A stretch of DNA of 39,126 nt, from the IMG/VR virus record IMGVR_UViG_3300027657_000001; one strand, 5' to 3'. How positions within the stretch are numbered: the first letter of the stretch is position 1; every line of letters starts with the position of its first letter. Source of the stretch: a virus. Positions 31,982 to 39,126 of this stretch are shown in pieces. Below the pieces are notes generated by a model. It saw only the letters and a program-made list of their open reading frames with translations. It was not told the DNA's origin and ran no database searches. The position numbers were made by a program, and so were the translations under genes.

Positions 31982-32131
31982 ATGGCCACTTTTGATGATT
32001 ACATTTGCGTTGGAATTTCCGACAAAGAACCAACCTGGGCAACCGTAGATGATGTAGAAAAAGTAACTCTTGATTACCTTGAAAGTCTGCCTGGTCATTG
32101 GGAGTTTGTATGCGATAAGGATGATGAATGA
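31982..32131 (+). CDS. 49-aa acidic protein
   Basis: TAGAATG junction. Ends in CDKDDE and overlaps the next ATG. Confidence 0.4.
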   Translation: MATFDDYICVGISDKEPTWATVDDVEKVTLDYLESLPGHWEFVCDKDDE

Positions 32132-32352
32132 GTGATAAGTTATTTAAAGACTTTATTAATAATTTGAAAGCTCAATTTGAAAGAAAAGTTAACAGGGTTT
32201 GTTTCATGGAGCACTATGACAAAGAGACTGAAATAGGGGTTTTTGTTTTTAAAGTTGCGCCATGTGATTTTAATAGATGGGCCGACAGAGTAAGCGCTAA
32301 TGTGCAAAAAAATAAATGTGATAAATGCCATTCTTGCTATCCAGGAGGATGA
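32128..32352 (+). CDS. Hypothetical small protein (74 aa)
   Basis: GATAAGGATGATGAATG junction. Confidence 0.55.
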   Translation: MSDKLFKDFINNLKAQFERKVNRVCFMEHYDKETEIGVFVFKVAPCDFNRWADRVSANVQKNKCDKCHSCYPGG

Positions 32353-32355
32353 TGA

Positions 32356-32571
32356 ATGAAGTGGATTAAATGCGGCAATGAATCTGGAAGTTTCTTCAGA
32401 ACTATGGGAAATCCACCCGGACAAAAAGAGTGGTGTTGCTATCACCATAAAGATCTATCAGAGATAGACCTCAATCAGCCGGAGCCTAATTGGGTTAAAA
32501 GGGTATCGTCTGGTAAAAGAATGCCTTTAGGAAGTGGAAGGGTGCTTAGTTTCGATAAGGATGAGGAATGA
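32356..32571 (+). CDS. Hypothetical small protein (71 aa), N-terminus MKWIKC
   Basis: Its 5' 25 nt are 24/25 identical to the start region of the next gene. Confidence 0.55.
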   Translation: MKWIKCGNESGSFFRTMGNPPGQKEWCCYHHKDLSEIDLNQPEPNWVKRVSSGKRMPLGSGRVLSFDKDEE

Positions 32572-32783
32572 AGTGGATTAAATATAAAGATCAGCGCCCT
32601 CCAAAAGAAGGTCGATACCTATGTTCTAATGGTGCTGGATCTCTTGGGATTGGTATTTATCGTACTAACCATTCCTCACGACCGTATGGGGAATGGTTAG
32701 ACGATGGCTGTTGTGGTATGGAATTTAATGCCCCTCCAACGTATTGGTGCGAGCTTGATGAAATAGAAACCCCGAAAGATTAG
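32568..32783 (+). CDS. DUF551-like small protein (MKWIKYKDQRPPKEG...)
   Basis: Family motif plus the conserved junction. Confidence 0.6.
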   Translation: MKWIKYKDQRPPKEGRYLCSNGAGSLGIGIYRTNHSSRPYGEWLDDGCCGMEFNAPPTYWCELDEIETPKD

Positions 32784-32784
32784 A

Positions 32785-33189
32785 ATGAAACAACGTAACG
32801 TATTTCTCTTTCTTATTTCAATATTTGCCACATTTTGCACTAACGCCTACGAGTTCAAGGGCACCCACTATACTGCACAGATGTACGGGTGCGATCATAC
32901 AGCTGTCAGTAAGTGGATCTATGTCTACTCTTATTTTGTTCGGGGGTGTGACGCGTCTGGCGCTACCGTGATCAGAGCTATTCCTCATGTCTTTGAGAAT
33001 GGTTCTGTAACGGCCGTCGCACTCCTTTCTGAGTCTCATGCGAGTATTCATACCTATCCAGAGTTTGATTGCGTCTTCGTTGATTTATTTACGTGTGGGG
33101 ACGACTGTGATTACCGTGAGTTTGAAAAAATCATTGTTGAATGGCTCAAGCCTACTAAGGTGAGAAGAAGGGTGTGGGTGAGAAAGTGA
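32785..33189 (+). CDS. speD: S-adenosylmethionine decarboxylase proenzyme (pyruvoyl, small prokaryotic class) with an N-terminal hydrophobic extension
   Basis: GTHYTAQMYGCD...SGATVIRAIPHVFENGSVTAVALLSESHASIHTYPEFDCVFVDLFTCGDDCD is collinear with the Thermotoga/Bacillus-type enzyme, including the ES self-cleavage site. Confidence 0.8.
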   Translation: MKQRNVFLFLISIFATFCTNAYEFKGTHYTAQMYGCDHTAVSKWIYVYSYFVRGCDASGATVIRAIPHVFENGSVTAVALLSESHASIHTYPEFDCVFVDLFTCGDDCDYREFEKIIVEWLKPTKVRRRVWVRK

Positions 33190-33270
33190 GTGAAGAAGCG
33201 GTCTTTAAAACTGTATCATTTGCCCTCACACACAACTCGTGGTACGAATTAGAAAAACCACGGAGGACTT

Positions 33271-33609
33271 ATGAAACGCCAGTATCTTCTCTTTCTGTTG
33301 CTCTTCATCCCCCTCTTTGCCATGGAACATCACTCAATCAAGATCATCTCTTTGGGCAATCTTCCTCTTGCAGGCCATGGCATTGTTGAGTTGTATTATT
33401 TGCTTGGTAGTGGATTCTATTGCATGTCTGAAACTGAAATTATCAAAGTGAATCTGGATGAGAGCTCCAAAACTATGAGACGGCTTCACTTTCGAAGTCT
33501 CGCTTCCGTCACTGATAAATATACTTTACAATTGTATGAGAATGATGATCACGTATTTGTGCGAATGATACCTTTAGACAAGGGTTTTTCTGTGGTAGAA
33601 CGTGAGTAA
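33271..33609 (+). CDS. Secreted small protein (112 aa)
   Basis: GGAGG 4 nt upstream. Signal-like MKRQYLLFLLLFIPLFA. Confidence 0.6.
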   Translation: MKRQYLLFLLLFIPLFAMEHHSIKIISLGNLPLAGHGIVELYYLLGSGFYCMSETEIIKVNLDESSKTMRRLHFRSLASVTDKYTLQLYENDDHVFVRMIPLDKGFSVVERE

Positions 33610-33681
33610 ATGCATATGACTATCTCCTTTAGTCTGCATCATTCGAGCGGTCTCGTGTCGGGGGCCGCTCGTGATTAATAG

Positions 33682-33882
33682 ATGCAAAATGATAGCAAAT
33701 CAAAGCTAAATTTCCCTTTATGTGTAGGTCAATGTAATTGGTGTAACCAAGATATGCACGAGCTGGATGATCATGTATCTGATCATTTCATGAACGCACA
33801 TATTTCCTGTTGGCAGAAAATGATGACAGAAGTAAAGAATCAGCCTTCTCGGGTGCGTAGAAAGGTGAGGGTGAGGAAGTGA
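33682..33882 (+). CDS. Small Cys/His-rich protein (66 aa) with a basic tail VRRKVRVRK
   Basis: CVGQCNWC...AHISCWQKM. Paralog of 29502 and 30748. Confidence 0.55.
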   Translation: MQNDSKSKLNFPLCVGQCNWCNQDMHELDDHVSDHFMNAHISCWQKMMTEVKNQPSRVRRKVRVRK

Positions 33883-34035
33883 AGACATAATCTATTTCGC
33901 GCGTTATAATCCACCCAAAGGAGTAACGCGTGAACGATATAGAAAAGTTTAGGCTTATCAGTTTTTTTGAAATATTAATGAAGATAGACAAAAGAGAGTG
34001 CATAACGCCAACTGCTAAAAAAGGGAAGTTGGAGA

Positions 34036-34503
34036 ATGAGCGAGTCAAAAAAAAGGCATTTTCAAATGCCAACGGTGAAACGAATCGTTGAGTATTGGAA
34101 TAACAAATTTACTATTTACGATAAAGAATGTTTTGCGTGCGGAAGAATAGCACCACTTCACAGAGCGCATATTGTCCCTTCTTGGATTGAAGAAAATAAT
34201 CACGTATCAAATCTACATCTATTATGTACTATGTGTCATGCTGAATCAGAAGGGCTGAAGCTCTATCAAGAGTGGTTTGATTATAAGCGAAAAAATGAAC
34301 GAAAAGATCCCGTTTCTCATGTTATAGACATGTGGAAAAAGTGCGGTATTCCATTTGATGAAGATGCTAAAGAGTTTGAATTGTATGAAGAGAAATTTGG
34401 AATAGAAAAATACTATAAAGAACTCTTGCCACGCTATATAGAAGAAACGCTAGATAAAGTTTACTACAATAAGCCTTATGCAAAAAAAGAAATGGGGATG
34501 TAG
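34036..34503 (+). CDS. HNH homing-type endonuclease (155 aa)
   Basis: CFACG...LHRAHIVP...NLHLLCTMCH gives the CxxC..H..N..CxxCH arrangement. Confidence 0.8.
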   Translation: MSESKKRHFQMPTVKRIVEYWNNKFTIYDKECFACGRIAPLHRAHIVPSWIEENNHVSNLHLLCTMCHAESEGLKLYQEWFDYKRKNERKDPVSHVIDMWKKCGIPFDEDAKEFELYEEKFGIEKYYKELLPRYIEETLDKVYYNKPYAKKEMGM

Positions 34504-34571
34504 CTCAGTTTGGTTAGAGCGTCCGCCTGTCACGCGGAAGGCCGCGAGTTCAAGTCTCGTCATTCCCGCCA
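34494..34571 (+). tRNA. tRNA-Asp: tRNA-Asp (anticodon GUC) with encoded CCA
   Basis: Cloverleaf folded by hand. Acceptor ggggatg/cattccc, D stem gctc/gagc, anticodon stem tccgc/gcgga with loop ctGTCac, T stem gcgag/ctcgt with loop ttcaagt, discriminator g, then cca. Confidence 0.9.
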
Positions 34572-34585
34572 AGCAAAGGAGTATT

Positions 34586-34861
34586 ATGGTCGATAAAAAG
34601 CTCGTGAAATATAAAGTACTCACAACTCTCAGTGACCTTTCAAAGCCTATAGAGATGGAGCTATATTTTAATGAAAAAGATTTATGGAAGTTTATGGAGT
34701 ATATCCATGCGCTTGAATGGGAAGTGTTAGAATCAAATCTAGTAGCGATGACAGACGAGCATTATACTCTTGCGCTCAATGATGCGTATGGAAAAGGATG
34801 CGAGGAGGGCCGGATGTATGAATGTGAGCATGGTATTGAATCTGGAATAGCGAACAGCTGA
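34586..34861 (+). CDS. Hypothetical protein (91 aa)
   Basis: AAAGGAG 6 nt before ATG 34586. The upstream part of track ORF 34478..34861 reads through the tRNA. Confidence 0.6.
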   Translation: MVDKKLVKYKVLTTLSDLSKPIEMELYFNEKDLWKFMEYIHALEWEVLESNLVAMTDEHYTLALNDAYGKGCEEGRMYECEHGIESGIANS

Positions 34862-34882
34862 AACTAGAAACGAGAGTAGCGC

Positions 34883-37279
34883 GTGAACTTAGAAACAAAA
34901 ATAAAATTAGACGCCTTTCGCCCTAGACCATATCAGAAGCAGCCATTAGACGCTCTTTTCAACAAGGGCTATAAGAGAATGCTATTGGTGTGGCCGCGAC
35001 GCGGAGGCAAAGACGTCACCAGTTGGAATATCATCATACGAGCAGCCCTTACGAAAGTAGGGGTATATTTTTACTGTGCACCTACCTACTCACAAGGCCG
35101 CAAGATTATATGGGACTCTATAACAAATCATGCGGTTAAATTTTTAGATTATCTTCCAAAGGAGTTGATAGATCGGAAGAATGACCAGCAAATGAAGCTG
35201 CATTTAAAGAACGGCTCACTCATCCAGATCATTGGCTCTGATTCCTATGATAATTCAATAGTCGGGTCTAATCCTCAAGGGATCATATTTACAGAGTGGG
35301 CTTTGTCTGATGAGCGTGCGTGGCAGTTTGCTCGTCCTATTTTAATGGCGAATGACGGGTGGGCTATCTTCAATTCTACGCCAAGAGGCAAGAACCATTT
35401 ATGGGCTATGTATCAGCTAGCTCTACACTCTCCACAATGGTTTTGTCAAAAGCTTACCATTGAAGATACGGGTCACATTGATATTGAAACAATCCAAAGA
35501 GAACGTGCTTCTGGTGAGATGTCTGAGGATCTTATTCAGCAAGAATATTTTTGCTTTCCAGGTACTCAAGAGGTATTAGCTCTTGATGGATTAAAGTCTA
35601 TATCCGATATAGAAGTTAATGATATGGTCATATCTCATTCGGGAAGACCGAGAAAAGTTTTAAATACTATAAAAAGAGACTATGAAGGCGATCTAGTTAA
35701 AATATATTCATTTGGGTCTCCAGAGCCTCTGATATGTACGCCAAATCATCCTATACGGGTTTTTAATAAGGCCGCTCAAACATATTCATGGAAAAGAGCG
35801 GAAGATATTACCTTACATGATCGTCTCGTGTTTCCTAAAATGCCACTGGGGAAAGTGCAACTTATATCATATGATCTTTGTATGCTTATTGCTTGGTATA
35901 TCTGTGAAGGCTCTTCTTTTAAAAATGGTGTTCAATTTACTGTTGGGGACACAAGAGAAGTGGAACGCATTACGTCTCTTTTGTGTAATATAAATGTTCC
36001 ATATACTCTTTTTGTGTCTTCAAATGGATCATCAACCAATATTGTCGTTTCAAGCACTCAATTAGTTGATTTTTTTAAATCACTTTGTGGAACAGAATCA
36101 AATAATAAGCGCATACCGTTTATATGGATCGCTACGCATGAGATAGATTTTTTTCATGAGCTTATGTGGGGAGATGGCTGTTATTCAGAGCATAACAATT
36201 ATAAAAAATTTTCTTACACAACAACAAGTAAGACTCTTGCTTACCAAGTTCAGCTTCTTGCCAATAGTCTAAATCTTGGATATGCAGCGGGTATAACGAA
36301 CCGAAAGGGAAGTACTGCTACTTTTCCGCACGGTAAAACCTATAAATGCAAAGATTCGTATTCGGTGCAGATCGGCATAAAAGGCTTGAGAGAAAAGCAT
36401 GGTGCCTTAACAAGAGCAAAATACGGAATAGCTGCTCGTATCAAAAATATAGAAAGAGAAAGTCATAAAGGGGCCGTATACAACTTAAAAGTACAATACG
36501 ATGAAAGCTATGTGGTATTAGGACGCTCGGTACATAACTGTAGCTTTGAGATGGGCGTTGAGGGTTCATTCTACGCGAAATATATCGACACTATGAGACG
36601 AGAGGGACGGATTGGAATAGTTCCCCATGAATCTACTTTCCCAGTACATACAGCATGGGATTTAGGTGTTTCAAAAACTGATTCAACGGCGATAATATGT
36701 TTTCAGGTGATTGGTCAGACCATTAAAATAATTGATTGTTATGAGAGTACTAAGCAAGGTTTTCCAGAATATTTGCATATTCTAGAACAAAAAAAGAAAG
36801 AAGACGGATGGATATGGGGAAAGCATTTTGCGCCACATGATATAAAGGTTTTAGAATTTGGTTCTGGTTTGACACGCCTCGATATTGCAAGGAATATGGG
36901 ATTTTCTTTTGAGGTAAGGAGAGATAGGCATAATAATATTCAATCATTACTTCCACCGCTTACTATAATGGATGGTATTGAGCAAGTGAGAACTATTTTT
37001 CCCCGTGTTTGGATAGATGAACAAAAATGCTCTCCCCTTATTAAAGCTTTAGAAAACTATCGAGCAGAATTTGATACTAGAAATAATGTATATAAACGAA
37101 TACCTGTTCATAATTGGGCGTCACACATGGCCGATGCCATGAGATATTTGGCTATAGCAATTAAGTTAACACAAACGCGCAACTCTACGCCTGAAGAGCT
37201 TGAAAAGAGATACCGTGAAGCCGTCTATGGGCCTCAGCACGGAGGATTTTTCGGTGGACACGGTACGCATCAATGGTAG
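34883..37279 (+). CDS. terL: Terminase large subunit precursor (798 aa) containing an intein
   Basis: Walker A-like WPRRGGKDVTS, Walker B-like GIIFTEW, and nuclease-domain acidic motifs (AWDLGVS, FAPHD, HMADAMRYL). GTG start. Confidence 0.85.
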   Translation: MNLETKIKLDAFRPRPYQKQPLDALFNKGYKRMLLVWPRRGGKDVTSWNIIIRAALTKVGVYFYCAPTYSQGRKIIWDSITNHAVKFLDYLPKELIDRKNDQQMKLHLKNGSLIQIIGSDSYDNSIVGSNPQGIIFTEWALSDERAWQFARPILMANDGWAIFNSTPRGKNHLWAMYQLALHSPQWFCQKLTIEDTGHIDIETIQRERASGEMSEDLIQQEYFCFPGTQEVLALDGLKSISDIEVNDMVISHSGRPRKVLNTIKRDYEGDLVKIYSFGSPEPLICTPNHPIRVFNKAAQTYSWKRAEDITLHDRLVFPKMPLGKVQLISYDLCMLIAWYICEGSSFKNGVQFTVGDTREVERITSLLCNINVPYTLFVSSNGSSTNIVVSSTQLVDFFKSLCGTESNNKRIPFIWIATHEIDFFHELMWGDGCYSEHNNYKKFSYTTTSKTLAYQVQLLANSLNLGYAAGITNRKGSTATFPHGKTYKCKDSYSVQIGIKGLREKHGALTRAKYGIAARIKNIERESHKGAVYNLKVQYDESYVVLGRSVHNCSFEMGVEGSFYAKYIDTMRREGRIGIVPHESTFPVHTAWDLGVSKTDSTAIICFQVIGQTIKIIDCYESTKQGFPEYLHILEQKKKEDGWIWGKHFAPHDIKVLEFGSGLTRLDIARNMGFSFEVRRDRHNNIQSLLPPLTIMDGIEQVRTIFPRVWIDEQKCSPLIKALENYRAEFDTRNNVYKRIPVHNWASHMADAMRYLAIAIKLTQTRNSTPEELEKRYREAVYGPQHGGFFGGHGTHQW
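35552..36538 (+). mobile_element. Intein (329 aa) with a LAGLIDADG endonuclease domain inside terL
   Basis: Starts CFPGTQEVLALDG. Has block B CTPNHP and LAGLIDADG-type motifs LIAWYICEGS and ELMWGDGCY. Ends VVLGRSVHN, followed by Cys+1 (CSFEMG). Visibly more AT-rich than the exteins. Confidence 0.85.
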
Positions 37280-37302
37280 GCTCATACTTGGAAGGGAGTA
37301 CC

Positions 37303-37788
37303 ATGAAAAATCTGATGCTTTTAAGTACGTTGTTGGTTTTTTTTTCGCTGTATGGCAGTGAAAGCGATTCTGAAGAGGTAATATCAAAGCATTCAAGCAT
37401 CCGTGCAGATGAAGCAGCAGAGCGGGTGCTCATCTATCTGTTTGGTGAACGTCCAAGCCAAGAGATTAAAGATAAAGTGGCTTTTCATTTCGAGCAGAAT
37501 ATCCACCATGACCAATCTATTTGCGATTTTGTACGCGTTATCGAATCGAGTTCCTCCTCTTCGTCAGATTACGATCAAAGTGAAATGGCCATGCGTAAAT
37601 TAGTTATTAAAGCAGTCCAAGAAGCAATTGAAGAGCAAAAACTTGTTTCAGCCGACTATTTTATGCAGTTAAGTTTGAGAGAAAAAGAAGTTAAAAGGCA
37701 GAAATATAGATTCTATGGAGCCTTGGCCACCGCTCTTACTTCTGTAGCAGGCGTCGTAACCACCGTACTGGCCTATAATGTTTCTTGA
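37303..37788 (+). CDS. Signal-peptide protein with a C-terminal membrane anchor (161 aa), between terL and the portal gene
   Basis: AAGGGAGTACC then ATG. MKNLMLLSTLLVFFSLYG, a poly-Ser run, and C-terminal ALATALTSVAGVVTTVLAY. Confidence 0.6.
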   Translation: MKNLMLLSTLLVFFSLYGSESDSEEVISKHSSIRADEAAERVLIYLFGERPSQEIKDKVAFHFEQNIHHDQSICDFVRVIESSSSSSSDYDQSEMAMRKLVIKAVQEAIEEQKLVSADYFMQLSLREKEVKRQKYRFYGALATALTSVAGVVTTVLAYNVS

Positions 37789-37853
37789 TATATCTCAGGG
37801 GCCGTTTTAGTATGTGCATATAAGCGACTCGTAGAGAAAAAAGGGAGTACCGT

Positions 37854-39126
37854 ATGTCATTGTTTCCAAATCCTGGGCCTGATTTTAATACCACGGATGA
37901 CATAATCCTTAAAAGGATGGAAAAGTTTTATACTGATGCGATTTCTATAAATCAGTCTCAATGGGCGGAAGGTGACATAGATTGGCGATTTTATTGTGGT
38001 GATCAGTCAGTCTACCAAGAGTTGTACGGGAATATGGCACCCCTTCATAGAAAGAATTTTAGCTTCAACCGTATTCGGAGAATTGTTTCTCTTATAGAAG
38101 GCTTTCAGCGTCGTAACCGAAAATCTACCACGGTTATACCTGTGGAGGGATCAGATCAAGAAACGGCAGATCAATTCACTAAGCTTATGTATTACCTTAA
38201 CAATAGAGAAGGCGTACTGGATACTGTCTCTACGTCGTTTAAGGGTGCTCTTATTTCTGGAATGGATCTTCTGCAGGTGTATGTTGATTATCGACGTGAT
38301 CCTGTTTCAGGTGACGTTAAGGTAGACAACAACGCGTATAATTCTTTTCTTATTGATCCATTCTTTAGAAAATCTGATCTTTCTGATTGTAACACGATCT
38401 GGAAACGTTCATACGTCTCTCGCAAAGAGGCAATTTCCCTCAATCCCGCAAAGGCGGATGAAATTGAGGCACTTCAATCGTTCGTCGCTGATAAATCTGG
38501 AGATATGAAGTTCCAGTTTATGCCTGAGAACTACTCCATAAGTGGGAAAAACCTTCTTTCCTATGATGAATTTTATTATAGAGATTATCGCCTCCAAAAG
38601 ATGTTGGTTGACTCACAAACTGGTGAAACGTTTGAATGGCGAGTAGATGATGAAGCTGCATTGCGGGAATTCCTCGCTCTTTATCCACAAATTACTACCA
38701 TTGATCAAGAGATTCCTACCGTACGGGTAGCAATCGTAGTCCAAGGGAAGGTAATGTACGATGGCCCTAATCCCATGGGCATTGATTCTTTCCCCTTTGT
38801 TCCTGTTTTTGCATATTTTTCTCCGGAAGTGGCATACTACCCACTGCGCGTCCAAGGAGTTGTTTCAAACCTTCGGGACGCGCAGTTCCTTTACAATAGA
38901 AGAAAAGTTATTGAACTCGATATACTTGAATCTCAAATCAATTCTGGTTTCAAGTATAAGGCGGACTCACTCGTAAACCCCGCTGACGTATTCCTTTCTG
39001 GACAAGGACGGGGACTTGCTCTTAAGCAAGAGGCAAGCATGAGTGATGTGGAACAAATACAGCCCCCCCAGATACCACCTTCAATGTTCCAGTTGTCCGA
39101 GTCTCTCTCTCGTGAAATTCAAGAGA
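37854..39126 (+). CDS. Portal protein, N-terminal part. Open to the window end and continuing at base 128. Full length is 676 aa.
   Basis: AAGGGAG upstream of ATG 37854. I translated every codon to 39126 and found no stop. Includes LRDAQFLYNRRKVIELD. It is absent from the ORF track because no stop occurs before the window ends. Confidence 0.85.
   Translation, partial: MSLFPNPGPDFNTTDDIILKRMEKFYTDAISINQSQWAEGDIDWRFYCGDQSVYQELYGNMAPLHRKNFSFNRIRRIVSLIEGFQRRNRKSTTVIPVEGSDQETADQFTKLMYYLNNREGVLDTVSTSFKGALISGMDLLQVYVDYRRDPVSGDVKVDNNAYNSFLIDPFFRKSDLSDCNTIWKRSYVSRKEAISLNPAKADEIEALQSFVADKSGDMKFQFMPENYSISGKNLLSYDEFYYRDYRLQKMLVDSQTGETFEWRVDDEAALREFLALYPQITTIDQEIPTVRVAIVVQGKVMYDGPNPMGIDSFPFVPVFAYFSPEVAYYPLRVQGVVSNLRDAQFLYNRRKVIELDILESQINSGFKYKADSLVNPADVFLSGQGRGLALKQEASMSDVEQIQPPQIPPSMFQLSESLSREIQE
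39000..39126. repeat. Second copy of the 127-bp terminal overlap
   Basis: Identical to 1-127. Offset is 38,999 bp. Confidence 0.95.

Noticed and set aside
31267-32448. Minus-strand ORFs (76, 76, 85 and 102 aa) across the small-gene array
   Set aside because: The plus-strand genes show conserved junctions, SDs and paralog families. The minus-strand frames lack any of these.
33174-33389. 71-aa plus-strand ORF overlapping 33271..33609
   Set aside because: It has no SD. The overlapping frame has GGAGG and a clear signal peptide.
34478-34585. N-terminal extension of ORF 34478..34861
   Set aside because: This part translates the tRNA-Asp gene. A proper AAAGGAG plus ATG start exists at 34586.

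Overview
The window is one complete phage genome of 38,999 bp. Bases 1-127 are identical to 39000-39126, so the contig wraps on itself, and the junction falls inside the portal gene. The virion genes are laid out like those of a podovirus.

Transcription layout:
- Almost everything is on the + strand. A divergent promoter/operator region at about 25.47-25.53 kb drives regulatory and small early genes (25.5-34 kb).
- These are followed by an HNH endonuclease gene, tRNA-Asp and the large terminase (34-37.3 kb), then the portal gene across the junction.
- Next come the scaffold, major capsid, tail, internal-virion and fibre genes (3.2-23.4 kb), ending at a convergent hairpin at 23.40-23.44 kb.
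- The same switch drives a short leftward operon (25.47 to 23.46 kb) with two ERF-family recombinase paralogs.

Strongest observations:
1. A group I intron splits the major capsid gene. P1 (with a terminal G-U pair), P10, P3, P7 and P8 can all be read, and the last intron base is G. It carries a LAGLIDADG homing endonuclease gene on the opposite strand.
2. The large terminase holds a 329-aa LAGLIDADG intein.
3. A free-standing HNH gene sits just upstream of terL. Its stop codon lies inside tRNA-Asp(GUC), and a near-copy of the terL translation start precedes it.
4. A pyruvoyl-type S-adenosylmethionine decarboxylase carries an extra signal-peptide-like N-terminus.
5. An antisense two-gene cassette (a ribbon-helix-helix protein plus a 20-aa hydrophobic peptide) lies between the internal-virion genes and the fibre gene. 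This is the position of immI in P22.
6. Three tandem fibre paralogs share an N-terminal module, and two of them end in Kelch-like beta-propellers.
7. A 426-aa secreted protein is encoded antisense inside the head module.
8. An array of tiny Cys-rich or DUF551-like genes is joined by a recurring GATAAGGA..TAGAATG junction.

I recognised no integrase, polymerase, primase/helicase, endolysin or CRISPR array by eye. All functional calls come from motif reading, not from searches.
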